Shown here in pieces: positions 11,501 to 27,953 of a stretch of DNA of 64,000 bases. The stretch is from positions 833 to 64,832 of IMG/VR virus record IMGVR_UViG_3300027710_001079; one strand, given 5' to 3'. Positions within the stretch are counted from its first letter, which is position 1. Every line of letters begins with the position of its first letter. Made by a program: the position numbers and the translations under genes. Origin of the DNA: a virus. Its lineage: Duplodnaviria; Heunggongvirae; Uroviricota; Caudoviricetes. The notes under the pieces are model-generated. The model was not told the DNA's origin and searched no databases. It worked only from the letters and a program-made list of their open reading frames with translations.

Positions 11501-14500
11501 TATCCTAAATTTGAACCTAAGATTTATCTTGATGATACGTTTGCAGGAGAAGCAAGGAATGTTATTCAAGGACATGACGGCAGTATTATGCTGGCATTTG
11601 ATGACTACCGAGACGACATAATTTTAGAATTTGAAAAAAGAGTCTTCAATAACATTAAGATTAATTACAATCCTGAATTGCTAGATATCAATAGTATTCT
11701 TCCGGGTGCGTTTAGAACTAACAAATATAACCTTAAAGAAGTTAATGATATTCTTTCCAGAGAATTTTTAAAGTGGGATGCGTTCTACGGATTTAATTAT
11801 TCCTTTAACACTACTGCTACTGAAGATAGAAAAACTTGGAACTATAAAACAGGAAAAGATTTAGTTACTAAATTGCCACTTCCTGGCAACTGGAGAGGTA
11901 TCTACAAATATTTCTTTGATACAGATCGTCCACATACTCACCCTTGGGAAATGTTAGGCTTTCCTATTATGCCTGAATGGTGGGTCGATGCATATGGACC
12001 TGCACCATATACTAGAGGCAACACTATTTTATGGGAAGACATTGAAAAAGGGTTTATTAGAGAACCTAACAATTTCACTGTTAATGCAAAATACATTAGA
12101 ACAGGATTGTCTAGAATATTGCCTGTTGACGACAACGGAAATCTTTTAGACCCGGCATCGGCTAATATTGCTACCGGACTAGATTATCTTAGCACAACTG
12201 ATAATTGGAAATTTGGAGATATTGCTCCAGTTGAAGCTGCTTGGAGAAGAAGTGCCCTATATCCTTTTGCAGTACAAATTTTAATGGCTTTAGCACAACC
12301 AGCTAGCTATGCAGCTATGTTGTTCGACACTAGTAGAATAACAAAAAATCTTGCGGGACAATACGGTTACGGTGAAAATAAAGAATTCGTTAGCTTTGAT
12401 ATTCTTAAATTATATCAAGATGTTATTAACGATCAAGACACCCTTGCTGCTGGATACAGTGTGTTTTTAATTGAAGCAGGCAAACAAAAAAATAGAAAGT
12501 ATCTATCTGAACTTAAATCTGAATTGAATTTTATTTCTTTTAAACTAAGCCATAAATTAGGCGGATTTGTTAATAAAGAAAAATTTAAAGTTATTGTAGA
12601 CAGTGTAAGTCCTAACAGTGTTAGCACTGGCGTTGCATTAGTTAACGAAGATCATGAGATATTTTTAGACAAAAGTAGTCCAGTTAAGAGTTTAGGAATC
12701 AGTGGAGTTATTGTTCAACGAACAGAAAAGGGTTATTCTATCAGAGGATATGATACAAAGAATCCTTATTTCAATTGCCTGATGCCAAATTTCACAGCAA
12801 CTGATCCTGCAATTACAGTAGGCGGAAAATCAGAAGCATATGTAGATTGGGCAGCTTCTAGTGCAAATCCTATGACAGGTCTTGATACTACTTCAGTCAG
12901 TACAAATTCTGGTTATAGATATTACAAACAAGGTCAAGTAGTTAGATATTTAGGCGGCTTCTATCGAGTAAAGATGGGTCACAATTCTGGCTCAACGTTT
13001 GACTCTTCTAAATTCCAACCGCTTCCGGCACTGCCAGTTATAGGCGGAGTATCAGTTCGTCGTCCTTCTAAATTTGGTTCAACAGTTACAGAAATTCCTT
13101 ACGGTATCGAGTATGAGAACCCTGAAGATATTCATGCAGTTTTATTAGGTTACAGTAAGTGGCTTGAAAGTCAAGGATTTGTTTTTGACGAGTATAATAA
13201 AGACCTTACAGAAATTTTAGATTGGACATTTAGCTCCAAAGAAATGCTATACTGGACTACACAAAAGTGGTCAGTTGGCAGTGTAATTACTTTAAGTCCT
13301 TTTGCAAACGGTGTTAAATTTGAAGATACAACCGCAGTAGTTGACGGATTAACCAATGCATTCTACGACTACAGTGTTTTAAAAGCAGACGGTACTGTAC
13401 TTTCTAATAAGTCTATTTCTACTTCAAGAGACGAAAACGTTTTCACAATTAAAACAGTGAATACCACTGACGGAATCTTTTTTGCAAGATTAAATCTAGT
13501 ACAAAAAGAACATACCCTGGTATTGAATAATTCTACTTTGTTCAATGATGTGATCTACGAACCAGAGACTGGATATAAGCAACGTAGAATTAAGTTAATA
13601 GGCTTTATCACTGGTGGTTGGAACGGCGATATGTTTAGTCCTGGCTTTATCTACGATGAAGCACAGATTTCTACATGGGAAAAATTTACAGATTATTCTA
13701 CAGGTGATGTAGTATTCTATGCGGGCAATTATTATTCTGCAATTTCAAAAGTTTTAGGTGCAGCTGAATTTAATTTCAACGAATGGTCTGTACTAGGAGA
13801 AAAACCTGTAGCAGAACTTCTTCCTAACTTTGATTATAAAATTGGTCAGTTCGAAGATTTTTATAGTCTTGATATTGATAATTTTGATGCGACTCAACAA
13901 AGTCTTGCACAACACCTTGTTGGTTACAGTCCGAGAAGTTATCTTGATAACATTTTTACTAATGCGACAAGCCAGTATAAATTCTATCAAGGCTACATTA
14001 AAGAAAAAGGTACTAGAAATACAATTAGTAAATTGGCCAAGGCTAGTATTATTTCTCAAGGCGGCTTCGTAGATTTCTATGAAGATTGGGCATTCAGGAT
14101 CGGTAACTACGGTTCATTCCCTACTAACGAAACATTAGAGCTTACTTTAAATGAGTTGCAATTCAAAGAGAATCCGCAAATTATTAAATTTGTCGAAACT
14201 GAACCAATCACATACAGTGAGTTTATAAGCTATCAGACTCCTGAAACCATTGCTATTAAAACAAGCGATTACTCTAGCACACCTTTTAAAACAACTAGTA
14301 CCGCTCTTTCTGACAGTGTAGCTATCTTACCGACTGCTGGATATGCTAGACTTGATGATGTTACGGCTACGGCTTTCAACAGAGACAGCCTGCTTGACAT
14401 TGCTAACAACAGAAGTCTAAAAGATGGAGACACGGTGTGGGTTGGATTCCTACCTAACGGTAACTGGGACATCTATAGATATACTCAGATTTCTACAAGA

Positions 14501-17500
14501 ATTGTAGATGTGGATGTTTATTCGCCAGGGTCTAGTTTATTAGTAACAACTGATTTTAGACACAATTTATCTATTGGGGATATTATTAGTATTAGTCAGT
14601 TTGACGGACAAGTTGATGGAGTATACACAGTTGATCAAATTATAGAACTTAATCAGTTTGTGGTTTCGTCTGTTCTTACAACATTAACAACTCCATTTTC
14701 TCCAGCAATAGGATTGTTGTTTAAATTTGTCAGTTCAAGACTTGGACAGTTTGACGATTTAGAAAATTCTATATTACTTGATAAGATCGGTGTCGATGAA
14801 AAGATATGGGTAGATGATCAACTAGGTAAGTGGGCAGTGTATCAAAAGACAAACAATTTTGTTTCAACAGAATTTAAATCTCCTTATGTTGCTTACACAC
14901 TAGGACAGAATCAACAGTATGGCTACCAAGTCGCTGGCAATTCTGCAGGAACAAAACTAGTAACTAGCTCCCCTAATTTTTATTACTCAGCAGACGGCCG
15001 CTCTCTAGATTTTGGAAAAGTTTATACCTACAAGATCAATAGTGGACAGGCTCTATTCTCTAGTGCAGTGTACCCAAACATTTCTATATCAGACACGTAC
15101 TTCACAGGAACTAATACTTCTTTATTCGGGCAGTCGATTAAATTTGATGATGATAATGATTTGGTCTTTATTGGCTCGCCTGGTACATCGTACATTCGAC
15201 AAGTTACTGCAACTAACAAATTTAGTACAGTTAACTTAACTACTTCAACATCAAACTTTATAGAACAAGGATTTGTTAGAATAGCTAGAATTGATTTTGA
15301 CAACAACGAAATTTTGTTTAATGCAGCAATTAGCAGCCCTCAGCCTCAGTCTGGAGCAAACTTTGGACATGCTATGCACGTTGGAAATATTTCTCCAACT
15401 TCTAAGGTACTATTTGTTTCAAGTCCCGATCATGACGGCATTGGTGCAGTTCATTATTCTGTACTGAACATAACTACTAGTTCTGTTAGTGTTGCAGCTA
15501 GTGCAGATACAAATGCAAGGATTTCAGTTAGTGGACTAACTGCTGGCAGTAAATTTGGTAATGCAATTACTGGTAATTCTTCTGGTACTAAAATTGCAGT
15601 GTCGGCACCTGGATGGTCTACGTCGACCGGTGCAGTGTTTGTTTACTCACTTGCAGGTTCTGGAACTTACACTAATGTACAGACAATTACTTCTCTAGAT
15701 AATGCATTTATCGGTATTGCAGGACCCGGAACTGGGTTTGGCAACAGCATAGTAATGAGTGAATCTGGAGACTACCTGTTTATTTCTGCAACTAAAGCAA
15801 GCGATAAAACTACTCGTTCGGGTAAAGTTATTGCAATGAAATTAACTAATGGGCAATATGTAGTAGATCAAGTTATTGATAATCCTTATTTAAATAACGG
15901 TTATGACTTTGGCAGTACTATGGAATTGTCTCCAGATAACAAGACTTTAGTAGTATCTTCAGCAGGTGCAAGTCACAAACCTTTTGCTACATTTGACAGT
16001 TATACTTCTGCAATTGCTGGCAGAGAAAAATATGTACTAGACCCTAACAGTAATCTAAGAGCATCAAGAACTACATTTGATTCTGATACAACTAATTTTT
16101 ATTCTGTAATTAAAAATTCTGGTGCAGTCTTTACCTTTGTAAAAGAAAATGAAAAATATATCTTCGGCGAAGAACTTTTTAATCAGTTATCAATTGCTGG
16201 GCAATTATACGGAAATAGTGTGCATGTACACAATTCCGGTGTTGTAGTAGGTGCACCTGGCTTAGATAGGCAACAATCTCAAATTGGTGCTTTATATTTT
16301 TATACAGCTAAGTCTGATTCACTAAACAGCTGGAAACTTATTAGATCTGAGGAAGACCTTGTTGATCTAAGTACAATTAAAACAGTTAAAACTATCAACA
16401 CAAAAGATCAGTCAGTAGTTGATTATTTAGAAATCATAGATCCATTGAAAGGTAAGATATCTGGCTTTGCTGATCAAGAACTTTCTTATAAGTCATTGTT
16501 TGACCCTGCGGTTTATTCTATAGGTGTTAGCGGAGTGGTGACTAACACTAACAACAACTGGTTAGACGAACACGTTGGAAAATTATGGTGGGATCTGAGC
16601 TCAGTCAAATATGTTTGGTATGAGCAAGGTGAATTAGAATTCCGTAGAAATAGTTGGAATACTTTATTCCCTGGATCTATGATAGATGTATACGAATGGG
16701 TAAGAACATCATATCTTCCTAGCCAGTGGAGTGCAATTGCTGATACTAACGAAGGCCTTGCACAAGGCATTAGCGGCCAGCCTAAATTTATCGACAATTC
16801 AGTTATTTCTGTAAAACAAATTTGGAATCCTATTTCTAACTCGTTTAGCAATGTCTATTATTACTGGGTTAAAAACAAGATTACTATTCCTGAAGGTGCA
16901 TCTAGAAGACTAAGTGCATACGATGTTGCAACCCTTATTGCAGATCCCAAAGTAAAAGGTGTTAAGTTTGCATCTATTATTGCAAACAATGCGTTTATGG
17001 TAACTAACATGGGCAGTTCTATCATTGGAACTGACATTAATTTATCAATTGACGTAGATACAACTGGAAAAGAAATCAATAAACACACTGAATGGTTGTT
17101 GCTGCAAGATGGAAATGCATCTAGCGTACCTAATACACTAATGATCAGAAAACTAATAGACAGTCTATTAGGAAAAGATACAGCAGGTAACTCAGTACCA
17201 GACCCAATGTTGTCTGATAGATTAAAGTACGGAATTGAATTTAGACCAAGACAAAGTATGTTCAAAGATAGAATCGGTGCTCTAAGAACATTGGTTGAAT
17301 ACACTAACAGCGTATTGAAAACTGCTAACATTGTCGACAGTGTAAACTTTGCCAAGTTCAATGCTAAAGATGAGATTCCTAACCAAGTATTAGGAACTTA
17401 TGATGTATTAGTTGAAGACTTGATCGAAAGAGATTTTGCAGTCAGTACTAGAAATCTTAAGAGAGCACAGTTAACTTGCCAGGTAAGAAATGGTAAAATT

Positions 17501-20500
17501 ATTTCTGTTACAATTATTGATCCGGGATTCGGGTACGGCACATTGGAAAAAGTTTTAGTTAACTCTAACCAAGAAGCAGTTAACTATGTTGGTCCAACTG
17601 TTACTATTGACGGCAATGGTAGTGATGCAAAAATTGTAACTGAAGTTAACGTTGTTGGCGAAATTGTTAAAGTCACAGTGGTAAATCCTGGAAAGAATTA
17701 TACAGCATCTCCAGCATTAGCAGTTAGACCTTTCACAGTAATAGTAAGAACAGACGACACAGTAAATGGTCGCTGGAGTCGCTACGAATGGGAATACGAT
17801 CTTAAAGTATTTTTAAGAAAGTACACTCAGTCCTATGATACTGCTAACTTCTGGAAATATATTGATTGGGTTGACACAACTTACAATCCTGCACAAGATA
17901 TACTTGCTACAATAGATGCACCGTACCAGCTAGCCAGTGTATCTAGTATCCCTGCTGGCAATTATGTTAAAGTAAGAAACGGCGGTGATGGCAGATATAT
18001 TATTTTAAGAAAGCGTTTATCTACTGCCGGTGTTGGAACTTACAATAGCTCATTTGATTTGATTTATCAAGAAAATGGTACTATTAAGTTAGACGAGTCT
18101 ATCTGGAACTATAAAGCATCAGTATACGGATGGGATCAAGTATCCGGATGGGATCAAACTTCTTGGGATCAAAATCCTGCTAAAGAAACTGAAAACATTA
18201 TATACGGCTTACTTGAAGATGTATTTGTAGGGCCGTTAAAAGTTTACTATAACAAACTTTTCTTTAAGCTAATCAAATATGCACTAAGCGAGCAAAAATT
18301 CTTAGACTGGGCATTTAAAACATCGTTTATTAACGTGTATAATCATGCCGGAAGTCTAGATCAACGACCTGTTTATAAGTTAAACAACGAATCTTATTAC
18401 CAAGACTACATTAACGAAACTAAACCATACCATACTAAGATTAGGAATTTTACTAACAACTACACTGCAACAGACGTTACAAGTGCAGTCATTACTGACT
18501 TTGACCTGCCATCAGTTTACAGTCCTAGTCAAGGCAGATTTATTCCTGTTACATTTGGTAGAGCAGAATTGAACACGTATCCTTGGAAATCTTGGTTACA
18601 GAGTTATTCTTATTCAGTTGATGCTATAGATGTATATGACGGCGGCTCTGGGTATGAATTACAACCACTGGTTGAAATTTCTCCTCAGCCAGGCGATACT
18701 ACTGGCACTGGTGCTAAGGCAGTGGCATATATTGCACTTGGAAAAGTAAGTCAAATTGTTGTTACTGATGCAGGTTCTGGGTACACTGCAACTCCTATTA
18801 TTAAACTAATTGGTGGCGGCCCGACAACTCTTACTCCAGCAAGAGTATCTGTAAGAATTACTAACGGTGCTGTTAGATCAAACTCTATTACGATGAAATT
18901 TGATAGAGTATCTGGATATAATGAAATTACTACATCTACTGCATTTGATTCTTACACTGCAACTGGTGCTAGCCGAGAGTTTGATTTAACATGGGCACCT
19001 AGTCCTGATAAGAATAACATCACAGTTAAGGTAGACGGTATCCGTGTTCTTTCTGGAGATTACACTGTTGAGAAATATTCTGAAAAATACAATGGATATT
19101 CTAAACAGTACGGCAAAATAGTACTTGCAGATATTCCTAAAAAATTATCAAAGATCACGGTAGAGTATAAAAAGGATCATTCTTTATACCATGCAGTTGA
19201 TAGAATCAGAGATTACTATGCACCGGTATCTGGTATGCCGGGTAATACTGCAACTATGTTAATGAATGGATTAGAATATCCCGGAGTAACAATTGACACC
19301 CTACCATTTGAAGTTTCAAAAGGTTGGGACACTACTTTGTTTGGTGACAGTAATTGGGATGATTTTATTCCAGAAGTAGGTGCGTATGAAACCAAAGGAC
19401 CAAGAGTAACTGCTACTGTGGCGGCAACTACTAGCAATAGTGCTGGTTCAGTATTATACTTTACATTAGCAACTAATAAAGATATTACAGGTGTTCGAGT
19501 GGGATCTACGGTTACTATTGCAACAGTAATCTATACAGTTACTTCGTCTACCATTGATACCGCTAACATGACTAGATGGGTATTACAATTAGGAGCACCG
19601 GTCGGAGTAACTCCTGGTGCCTCTCTAGCATTTGTAAATCCAAATCCATTAGTCTACACTTTGCCTTTCGTTCCAACATTAGGCCAAGGATACAATGCAT
19701 ATATTAAGTATTCAGGTACTGACAATTTTGTAAGAATTGATACTACTGCTACAGCATTTGTTGGCAATGGATACGTTAGTACAATTACAGTTCCTGCAAT
19801 TTATAATTCTAATGATAGAGTATTGTTTAGGTCTACTTCAAGTGACGGCTCTTTACCAGTTGTTGATTTAGATTTAGATACCTATATTAATCCTAACGGT
19901 GCTACTAGCCCCGGATGGTATTATGACAACATCAATGGTATGATGGTACCTACTAAGTCTGATGACTTAGAAGATATCAACATTGATGGTGATAAGTTAA
20001 TCAGTGCAGCTAACAGTTACGGTCCTGAAGAAAATCTTCCAGGTAGGGTTTCTGATAGTTTAGGAATCAACGTCTACACTTATCCTACAGCAGGTGCAGC
20101 GTTAATGATTAACAAAAAGTATTTTAAAGACGCATTCACTAGTAGATATCCAATCGGGTTTACACCTCCTAGTAATGAATCCGTTGAAGTAATGTTAAAC
20201 AACAGATTGTTGTCATATGGTGTGGATTACATTATAGATTATCAAACTAATGAAGTTATTTTCTTAGAAGATCCTTATGCCGGAATTCGAGGTCCTTATT
20301 TTAATCCTACAGATGTCTTACCAAGACGCCAGGGCACGGTAATTGAAAGTAATGCAGGAGATGATACCTTTACCGGTCCATACCCTCTTGGATTTTCCTG
20401 GAACATGTTTGGAACATTGTACAATGAAGTGTATGTTGGAACAAACGGCTATTTAACTTTTGGTGCCGGCGATAGCCAGTGGACTCCGCTAGTGCTAGGG

Positions 20501-22888
20501 CAATTAATAGCACCTGCAATTTATATTGAATATTGTGACTTGTGGCAAGATTACGGTATTAATCCTAGTACAGGGCTACGAAATACTCCGCTTTCAACTG
20601 GTGAAACTCCAGGCCTATTCTTAAGCGGCGGCGAAGTAGGCGACTTTGTATATTGGAGACTGCGTTTTCAAGGCTCTCATTATAATCAAAGAACTTCGAC
20701 TACGACAGTTCCGGCGTATCAATTTGAAGTTACGTTATATAGTGACGGAACAAATCAGTACATCGAAATGATTTATGAAAATACATGGAGAGGTGCAAAC
20801 TTTAACGGCGACCAAGGATTTATTACTGGTGTTGCATTAGGTCGTTCTGGTAGCACACCGGGTACTGGTATTCTAGTAGATGATGCTAGTATTCAAAATA
20901 ATACTAGCCATGTATTTTATAGTACCAGTAACGGCGGTAATTGGCAATATGCCGGTCGAGGAAGCTTCGATCCATTTAAGAATCAAAATCCAGATCCGGA
21001 ACTATTATCTATTACTACTATGAGCGTTGGTGGCAAGAACTTGCTAGAAAAAGCATCAGTTCCTATTACATATGCTAGTGGGCAGAAAGTATTTGATTTT
21101 GCATCTAGTTTTGCAGATATTAAGAGCAGTTATGTAACAGTTAACGGAGTTAAACGTACTGATTATACATTATCTGGATTAATTAAAGGAACTTCGGGCA
21201 GAGTAAAATTAACGTTTGCTACTAACTTGGCAATTGGAGATACCTTACAAGTTTGGTTCTTTGCTAGTGATCACAAAGCATTTAGTGAAGTTAAGGAGCA
21301 GATTATTGCAGTTACTTCGGGCACCACAGTGTTCACATTAACTTCACCTCCGGGAAATATTCAACCGTTCCACAGTCAATTGATTGTTGAGCGTGATGGT
21401 CTACGTTTGAGCCCACCAGACACTGTATATTATTCGGCAGCTAACGGAGTTAGATCATTCTCGTTAGATCAGCATATTGATTACCCGCAAGGGCTACCTG
21501 ATAGAGCTAAATTAGAAATTTATGTTAACGGTGTAAGAAGAGATTTTGACACCGCAGTTAGATTAAATCAAGATGAAAATCTAGTAGAATTTAACACTCA
21601 AGAGTTAACGGATACTGATGTAGTTGCTATTACATTGTTAAGAGATCATGATTACTATGTTACTGGATCAACATTAACATTAACTGATCGAGTTAACGTT
21701 GCTAGCTCTAGTACAATTAAAGTTACAACTTTTAACAACCATGATAACAGCTTGTTTAGAAGAGAACGCTTTAACGGTAACTATGCAGGCATCTTTAAGT
21801 TAAGCAGAACTGTAATCAATAGTAATTATGTTTGGGTTGAAGTTAACGGACGTCCAATTACTAGAGAAACTGAATTTAAAATTGGATCTGATAGCAGAAC
21901 AGTTATCTTGAATGAGCAATACAAATTAAAATCCACTGATACAGTAGTGATTATGAGTGTAGTTGATCAAACAAGTGAAGCACTAGTTGGTTATAGGATT
22001 TTCCGTGACAATCTTGGTAGGACACATTACAAGAGAATTAGCCAAGAAAATTCTACCCAACTTGCAGCAGATCTATTGCCAACTGATACTTCTATTACAG
22101 TAGAAGATTCGAGCGTATTGACATTGCCAAATCACAGTAACAATCGTCCTGGCGTTATTTTAATTGACGGAGAACGAATTGAATTTTATAAAGTAGAAGG
22201 TAATAAACTCAGCTGGTTACGCAGAGGAACATTAGGCACAGGCATTAAATCTTTACACAAAGAAAGTTCTATAGTGTTAGATCAAGGTCCTGAGCAAAAT
22301 ATTCCGATTGTTGAATATAAGAAACAAGATAAGTTTACTATTAATAGCACAACTAACACAGTACTAACATTAACAAATATTGTGTTTGATGGCGGAGTTA
22401 TTAATTCTTATAATCATGTTGACGTTGTTTATCAAGGCAGAGTGTTGCGTAAGCCACTATCTGATACTTACACTTCGTTATTCAACAACGGTGTAAAAGT
22501 TGTTAAAAATACAACAGCAACTTACAAGACAACCGATGTTAGTGTTGCATATGATTCAGGAGAAACTAACTCTTATAACACTGCAAGTACAGTATTGTTA
22601 TCAGCTGAATACAGCATTACCACAGCAACAAATACTATTAATTTGAACTTTACTCCTAGAGTGGGGTCAGAACTAAAAGTAATTCAAACAGTGTCTCAAG
22701 AGTCTGGAATTGAATATTCTAACATCCATTCTAGAAATGTTGAGCAAGTTAAGTTCTTGTTGGAGAGGCCATCTTTCCTACCAGATAAATATTACTATGG
22801 TCAGAATACTGCAACAGATCAATACCTAATCCTTGAATTTGGGGATACATTAGACAGTGAAACAGGAGATCCTTTAATAGGTTCATAA
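8567..22888 (+). CDS. giant (4773 aa) baseplate wedge/virion structural protein with cupredoxin-like, CBM-like, FG-GAP propeller and NIDO-like domains
   Basis: Uninterrupted ORF coupled to gp6 (TAATG). FG-GAP-like repeats (FGHAM, FGNAI..VSAPG, YGNSV..VVGAPG), I.I...G.GY...P repeats, and C-terminal [21 protein letters not shown]. Confidence 0.75.
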   Translation: MSDELNQVEDKNTPSTRKSVNLLPVLFRTDKNSKFLAGTIDQLIQPPQLKRLDGWVGSKITPTYDPSKDYYIESNLKTRQDYQLEPALVVTNDILKIIKSTAYDDLINQLDYEGANTSRLDRLFDPQFYSYDPHIDWDKFVNFEKYYWIPAGPNSISISNQQREVVSTYNVTDTADGFNFVFTPDGLTPAPQITLYRGVTYKFNVKSLSTFWIKTSRITGKEAPYRATTNNGISEGEITLTIDHTTPKVLYYVSETEILNGGEFIIKDIEENSFIDVEKEILGKKNYKSFSGVEFTNGMKINFVGQVSPETYKDKEFVVEGVGSEIKLVEFDSLIAPERFATVFDERFDSESFDKYAFDQSINLPLVPEYITINKASKDKNPWSRYNRWFHEDVIRLSAKLNGVPVLLPFSDRAKRPIVEFEADMQLHNFGSFVKKNVQFIDTITTDVFSTVEGSVGYYIDGEEVGQGDRVIFTADNDNFVNNKTYIVNFVKIGEKFRISLDEEPDVTPQAGDSVVITKGTVKRGENWWFNGTNWVSSQQKTALNQAPRFEIYDNNGVAYSDPVYKEIFLGSKIFGYSIGTGVADSVLGFPLKYKNISNQAYYLFENYFMTDVNFVVDGNNSYSVPVSNGFIKRNVNRNDSVYINVWTESAGYQIPIIQYTVADSVITELEITAVENAGYQNIEVEVFVNEDKKVLLDEYTLYASGRRYFVVFKNPVTVGDRVLLKVKGTGKPSLTGAYETSLGFTNNPLNGPISQFTLSELSDHVKTMIDRHPNFVGSFPGTSNIRDIDQLPSYGTRLICNKNPLAFAAYFIANDKYNLLSATRTVAQHYNQFKLGLIDQITKLKGNYTSAKALDIALYNMNVNKEVSFPYALTDMVAYGTDLVSRSYPVTDSRNKNYSVVSTFNLTELSLRSVIVYRTDTAGNIVQLVHGSEYEFDLFDSSVNIKIDLVKGDIITVNDYPSTKGCYVPPTPTKLGLYPKFEPKIYLDDTFAGEARNVIQGHDGSIMLAFDDYRDDIILEFEKRVFNNIKINYNPELLDINSILPGAFRTNKYNLKEVNDILSREFLKWDAFYGFNYSFNTTATEDRKTWNYKTGKDLVTKLPLPGNWRGIYKYFFDTDRPHTHPWEMLGFPIMPEWWVDAYGPAPYTRGNTILWEDIEKGFIREPNNFTVNAKYIRTGLSRILPVDDNGNLLDPASANIATGLDYLSTTDNWKFGDIAPVEAAWRRSALYPFAVQILMALAQPASYAAMLFDTSRITKNLAGQYGYGENKEFVSFDILKLYQDVINDQDTLAAGYSVFLIEAGKQKNRKYLSELKSELNFISFKLSHKLGGFVNKEKFKVIVDSVSPNSVSTGVALVNEDHEIFLDKSSPVKSLGISGVIVQRTEKGYSIRGYDTKNPYFNCLMPNFTATDPAITVGGKSEAYVDWAASSANPMTGLDTTSVSTNSGYRYYKQGQVVRYLGGFYRVKMGHNSGSTFDSSKFQPLPALPVIGGVSVRRPSKFGSTVTEIPYGIEYENPEDIHAVLLGYSKWLESQGFVFDEYNKDLTEILDWTFSSKEMLYWTTQKWSVGSVITLSPFANGVKFEDTTAVVDGLTNAFYDYSVLKADGTVLSNKSISTSRDENVFTIKTVNTTDGIFFARLNLVQKEHTLVLNNSTLFNDVIYEPETGYKQRRIKLIGFITGGWNGDMFSPGFIYDEAQISTWEKFTDYSTGDVVFYAGNYYSAISKVLGAAEFNFNEWSVLGEKPVAELLPNFDYKIGQFEDFYSLDIDNFDATQQSLAQHLVGYSPRSYLDNIFTNATSQYKFYQGYIKEKGTRNTISKLAKASIISQGGFVDFYEDWAFRIGNYGSFPTNETLELTLNELQFKENPQIIKFVETEPITYSEFISYQTPETIAIKTSDYSSTPFKTTSTALSDSVAILPTAGYARLDDVTATAFNRDSLLDIANNRSLKDGDTVWVGFLPNGNWDIYRYTQISTRIVDVDVYSPGSSLLVTTDFRHNLSIGDIISISQFDGQVDGVYTVDQIIELNQFVVSSVLTTLTTPFSPAIGLLFKFVSSRLGQFDDLENSILLDKIGVDEKIWVDDQLGKWAVYQKTNNFVSTEFKSPYVAYTLGQNQQYGYQVAGNSAGTKLVTSSPNFYYSADGRSLDFGKVYTYKINSGQALFSSAVYPNISISDTYFTGTNTSLFGQSIKFDDDNDLVFIGSPGTSYIRQVTATNKFSTVNLTTSTSNFIEQGFVRIARIDFDNNEILFNAAISSPQPQSGANFGHAMHVGNISPTSKVLFVSSPDHDGIGAVHYSVLNITTSSVSVAASADTNARISVSGLTAGSKFGNAITGNSSGTKIAVSAPGWSTSTGAVFVYSLAGSGTYTNVQTITSLDNAFIGIAGPGTGFGNSIVMSESGDYLFISATKASDKTTRSGKVIAMKLTNGQYVVDQVIDNPYLNNGYDFGSTMELSPDNKTLVVSSAGASHKPFATFDSYTSAIAGREKYVLDPNSNLRASRTTFDSDTTNFYSVIKNSGAVFTFVKENEKYIFGEELFNQLSIAGQLYGNSVHVHNSGVVVGAPGLDRQQSQIGALYFYTAKSDSLNSWKLIRSEEDLVDLSTIKTVKTINTKDQSVVDYLEIIDPLKGKISGFADQELSYKSLFDPAVYSIGVSGVVTNTNNNWLDEHVGKLWWDLSSVKYVWYEQGELEFRRNSWNTLFPGSMIDVYEWVRTSYLPSQWSAIADTNEGLAQGISGQPKFIDNSVISVKQIWNPISNSFSNVYYYWVKNKITIPEGASRRLSAYDVATLIADPKVKGVKFASIIANNAFMVTNMGSSIIGTDINLSIDVDTTGKEINKHTEWLLLQDGNASSVPNTLMIRKLIDSLLGKDTAGNSVPDPMLSDRLKYGIEFRPRQSMFKDRIGALRTLVEYTNSVLKTANIVDSVNFAKFNAKDEIPNQVLGTYDVLVEDLIERDFAVSTRNLKRAQLTCQVRNGKIISVTIIDPGFGYGTLEKVLVNSNQEAVNYVGPTVTIDGNGSDAKIVTEVNVVGEIVKVTVVNPGKNYTASPALAVRPFTVIVRTDDTVNGRWSRYEWEYDLKVFLRKYTQSYDTANFWKYIDWVDTTYNPAQDILATIDAPYQLASVSSIPAGNYVKVRNGGDGRYIILRKRLSTAGVGTYNSSFDLIYQENGTIKLDESIWNYKASVYGWDQVSGWDQTSWDQNPAKETENIIYGLLEDVFVGPLKVYYNKLFFKLIKYALSEQKFLDWAFKTSFINVYNHAGSLDQRPVYKLNNESYYQDYINETKPYHTKIRNFTNNYTATDVTSAVITDFDLPSVYSPSQGRFIPVTFGRAELNTYPWKSWLQSYSYSVDAIDVYDGGSGYELQPLVEISPQPGDTTGTGAKAVAYIALGKVSQIVVTDAGSGYTATPIIKLIGGGPTTLTPARVSVRITNGAVRSNSITMKFDRVSGYNEITTSTAFDSYTATGASREFDLTWAPSPDKNNITVKVDGIRVLSGDYTVEKYSEKYNGYSKQYGKIVLADIPKKLSKITVEYKKDHSLYHAVDRIRDYYAPVSGMPGNTATMLMNGLEYPGVTIDTLPFEVSKGWDTTLFGDSNWDDFIPEVGAYETKGPRVTATVAATTSNSAGSVLYFTLATNKDITGVRVGSTVTIATVIYTVTSSTIDTANMTRWVLQLGAPVGVTPGASLAFVNPNPLVYTLPFVPTLGQGYNAYIKYSGTDNFVRIDTTATAFVGNGYVSTITVPAIYNSNDRVLFRSTSSDGSLPVVDLDLDTYINPNGATSPGWYYDNINGMMVPTKSDDLEDINIDGDKLISAANSYGPEENLPGRVSDSLGINVYTYPTAGAALMINKKYFKDAFTSRYPIGFTPPSNESVEVMLNNRLLSYGVDYIIDYQTNEVIFLEDPYAGIRGPYFNPTDVLPRRQGTVIESNAGDDTFTGPYPLGFSWNMFGTLYNEVYVGTNGYLTFGAGDSQWTPLVLGQLIAPAIYIEYCDLWQDYGINPSTGLRNTPLSTGETPGLFLSGGEVGDFVYWRLRFQGSHYNQRTSTTTVPAYQFEVTLYSDGTNQYIEMIYENTWRGANFNGDQGFITGVALGRSGSTPGTGILVDDASIQNNTSHVFYSTSNGGNWQYAGRGSFDPFKNQNPDPELLSITTMSVGGKNLLEKASVPITYASGQKVFDFASSFADIKSSYVTVNGVKRTDYTLSGLIKGTSGRVKLTFATNLAIGDTLQVWFFASDHKAFSEVKEQIIAVTSGTTVFTLTSPPGNIQPFHSQLIVERDGLRLSPPDTVYYSAANGVRSFSLDQHIDYPQGLPDRAKLEIYVNGVRRDFDTAVRLNQDENLVEFNTQELTDTDVVAITLLRDHDYYVTGSTLTLTDRVNVASSSTIKVTTFNNHDNSLFRRERFNGNYAGIFKLSRTVINSNYVWVEVNGRPITRETEFKIGSDSRTVILNEQYKLKSTDTVVIMSVVDQTSEALVGYRIFRDNLGRTHYKRISQENSTQLAADLLPTDTSITVEDSSVLTLPNHSNNRPGVILIDGERIEFYKVEGNKLSWLRRGTLGTGIKSLHKESSIVLDQGPEQNIPIVEYKKQDKFTINSTTNTVLTLTNIVFDGGVINSYNHVDVVYQGRVLRKPLSDTYTSLFNNGVKVVKNTTATYKTTDVSVAYDSGETNSYNTASTVLLSAEYSITTATNTINLNFTPRVGSELKVIQTVSQESGIEYSNIHSRNVEQVKFLLERPSFLPDKYYYGQNTATDQYLILEFGDTLDSETGDPLIGS

Positions 22889-22889
22889 T

Positions 22890-25028
<2,139 letters not shown>

Positions 25029-25045
25029 AATAATAATGGATAAGT

Positions 25046-25702
25046 ATGAACATGCAAGAAGAAAATAAACAACAAGAACAAAGGCCAGTGCAAGAAAAAC
25101 GCCCCGACGAAGTTGGCGGAATTAGTCTTCAAGGTCATATTAAGATCTTTGATCCTGCCACTAAAGAAGTCTTTGTTAATAAACGCAATGCTATCCATTA
25201 CGAAAATTTTAGTCTAGCACTGGTTAACAGTGTTGGAAATCAAGGTTACGGATGGGTCAGTAAAATGGCGTTCGGCAACGGAGGTAGTAGAGTCGACCCT
25301 ACTGGTATTATTACATACTTAACACCTAACTCTGTTGGTCAAAATGCAGCATTATACAATAAAACTTACGAAAAATCAGTTGACGCTGCTAGCTCATCTA
25401 ATTTAGATCCTACAAGAAATTATATGGAATCTAGGCATTTAGTTGGTGCAACATACAGTGATCTTCTTGTTAGTTGTTTATTAGATTTTGGAGAACCTAA
25501 CGGTCAGTCAGCGTTTGATAACAGTGCAAATTTAGACGGACAATTTGTATTTGATGAATTGGGATTAGTAGGATACGATTCTACTGGAAATGAATTGTTG
25601 TTAACACACGTTATTTTTCACCCTGTGCAAAAGAGTTTAAACAGAATGATACAAATTGACTACACTGTTAGGGTTCAAAGTATTAGTGGGGTAGGAGCAT
25701 AA
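25046..25702 (+). CDS. conserved virion structural (baseplate/tail) protein
   Basis: GHIKIFD...KRNAIHYEN...MAFGNGG...FDELGL...LLTHVIFHPVQKSLNR..IDYTVR; lies within the tail module. True start may be the second Met (25052). Confidence 0.6.
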   Translation: MNMQEENKQQEQRPVQEKRPDEVGGISLQGHIKIFDPATKEVFVNKRNAIHYENFSLALVNSVGNQGYGWVSKMAFGNGGSRVDPTGIITYLTPNSVGQNAALYNKTYEKSVDAASSSNLDPTRNYMESRHLVGATYSDLLVSCLLDFGEPNGQSAFDNSANLDGQFVFDELGLVGYDSTGNELLLTHVIFHPVQKSLNRMIQIDYTVRVQSISGVGA

Positions 25703-25703
25703 C

Positions 25704-27947
25704 ATGGCCTATACAGTTTATTTTTCTGACCCTACAAAGTATAGCAGTGCTATTTTAGTCGATGACGGTCTGCCCGGTAATCCTGGAAATAATTATTCTA
25801 CTAGTCTAACACTAGTTGGAAAAAATGCTTCAGGATACGCATACGATTTTGCCACTAACTTTCTTCACCTGTTAGAAAATCATTCTAACGCTACTCCGCC
25901 AAACAACCCTATTGAAGGGCAACTTTGGTACGACAATGCTAATCATAAATTAAAAATCAATGATGGCACAGCTAATGGTGCAAATTGGAAATCGATTAAC
26001 GGAGTGTACCAAGAAGCTTCGGAGCCCCCCGAAGCAGTTACTGGTGATGTTTGGGTAGATACGACAACATTTCAATTAAAAGTTAAGAATGAAAACAGTG
26101 AATGGATCTTGGTAGGTCCAGCTGTTGACGGTAGCAGTAAGTCTGGTCCAATTGCAGAAACAGTTTTAGATACTGTAGGTGTTGGGCATAAAATTATTGC
26201 AAACTATGTTGACGGAAACATTGTAGAAATTATTAGTCCTGAACAATTTACTCCACAGATTAAAATTGACGGATTTGAAACAATCAAAGCTGGTCTTAAT
26301 TTAACAGCAGTCAATTCCGCAATTTTGAATTCTACTGCATATGCAGCACAGAATCTTATTGTAACTACACCTACTCGGGGCGTTATCAGCGGTAATTATT
26401 TTGTTCGTAACGACATTGATACATCTATTAATGGAGTATTGAACGCTAAGAACGGCTTTACACTGGGCGTCGATCCTACTTTCTTAATTCAAAAGGAAGG
26501 CACATTTAAAAATAAATTTGTCAACAGCAAACTTAATGGAACATTTGCATTCCAAGTAGTTGACGAAAGTGAAATTTATAACGAAATTTTAACTGTCCAG
26601 GGAGAAAATAAGAGAATAGGAATAAACACTCCTAATCCTCAATTTACTTTGGATGTTACTGGCAATGCTAGATTTTCTGGAACTGTTACAATCACAACCA
26701 ATGCTGATGATGCACTAACTATTTCGGGTGCAGTTGCATTTGGTAAGAACACTTCGTTCAGTAGCACAGCAACATTTAACTCAACGTCTACATTTTTTAA
26801 TGGGATTAAGATAGGTAATACAGTTACTGATGCTTCTTTATTCTCTAAAGAAATTATTCAACCAGCAGTTCATAATGTTTACACCTTAGGATCTGTTACT
26901 AAGTCATTTAAAGAAGTTCATAGTGCAGTATTTAGAGGCACGCTTGACGGAACATCTACAGTAGCAACTAGATTAGCATCTTCTGCAACATTCACAATGG
27001 CAGGCGATGTATCTAGTGCAGGTATTACTTACGGCGGAACGAGCGAAACTAGAACATTTACAACTCAATTGCAGGCTAATGCAATTACATCAAGAAACAC
27101 AGTTACTAGTGTTGCATCAACTGATGAATTATTAGTAGCTGTTAAGAGTGTTAGTTTTGTTTCAATACCTGCTAACGGCGGATCTGGTAGCGGTATTGCG
27201 TTTGATATTACTCGTCAAGCTGCTGGAACATATGTCATTGACAGAGTTGCAAATAGCGGAACCAACTATCTTGCTAACGATGTGTTAACGGTTCCTGGAA
27301 CATTGCTAGGTGGCGAAAATAATATCAACGATATGTCAATTACTATTCCAAGTGTTAACATACTTGGTAGTGCCCCAACAAACACCGCATTATTTACAGC
27401 AGTCTCTGGTACAGGGGTTACTGGATTAGCTAAGGCCAGTCGAGATGCTTTATTGTCCAGTGTGTTAGATTTCTTAATTCCTCCCGGTACAATTATGCCG
27501 TATGCTGGAATTGAAAAACCAAACCCTGCAACACCGTTGAGCAAAGGATGGTTATTCTGTGACGGGTCAGTGGTTGGACGTACAGACTATCCTGCATTGT
27601 TTGCTGCAATTGGTTACACTTATGGTAAGACATTGGTTAACGGTCAATTTAGATTGCCCGATCTTCGAGGTAGAATGATCATTGGTTATGATAATATGAC
27701 CAACGGTCTTACTAGTAGCGGCGGAACTGCAAATAGGGTAGTAGGAGCAAATACACCTAACTCTTTTTCTGCATCTCAAGGAACAGCTCCGCCAGTAGTT
27801 GGCGGTCGCACTACGGCTACTATGACAGCAACATCATTCTCTCAGCAGTTTCCGTATCCAACTCCGGGCTTTGGCGGAACCGCAACAGGTATGGTAACTA
27901 CCGTAATGAATCCGTTCCATGCTATGAATTATATTATCAAGGCCTAA
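25704..27947 (+). CDS. tail fibre/baseplate protein with phage tail-collar domain (T4 gp10/gp12-like)
   Basis: PPGTIMPYAG...GWLFCDG....RTDYPALFAAIG.TYG....FRLPDLRGR and terminal PFHAMNYIIKA; shares an N-terminal domain with the next three genes. Confidence 0.82.
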   Translation: MAYTVYFSDPTKYSSAILVDDGLPGNPGNNYSTSLTLVGKNASGYAYDFATNFLHLLENHSNATPPNNPIEGQLWYDNANHKLKINDGTANGANWKSINGVYQEASEPPEAVTGDVWVDTTTFQLKVKNENSEWILVGPAVDGSSKSGPIAETVLDTVGVGHKIIANYVDGNIVEIISPEQFTPQIKIDGFETIKAGLNLTAVNSAILNSTAYAAQNLIVTTPTRGVISGNYFVRNDIDTSINGVLNAKNGFTLGVDPTFLIQKEGTFKNKFVNSKLNGTFAFQVVDESEIYNEILTVQGENKRIGINTPNPQFTLDVTGNARFSGTVTITTNADDALTISGAVAFGKNTSFSSTATFNSTSTFFNGIKIGNTVTDASLFSKEIIQPAVHNVYTLGSVTKSFKEVHSAVFRGTLDGTSTVATRLASSATFTMAGDVSSAGITYGGTSETRTFTTQLQANAITSRNTVTSVASTDELLVAVKSVSFVSIPANGGSGSGIAFDITRQAAGTYVIDRVANSGTNYLANDVLTVPGTLLGGENNINDMSITIPSVNILGSAPTNTALFTAVSGTGVTGLAKASRDALLSSVLDFLIPPGTIMPYAGIEKPNPATPLSKGWLFCDGSVVGRTDYPALFAAIGYTYGKTLVNGQFRLPDLRGRMIIGYDNMTNGLTSSGGTANRVVGANTPNSFSASQGTAPPVVGGRTTATMTATSFSQQFPYPTPGFGGTATGMVTTVMNPFHAMNYIIKA

Positions 27948-27953
27948 TAAGTT

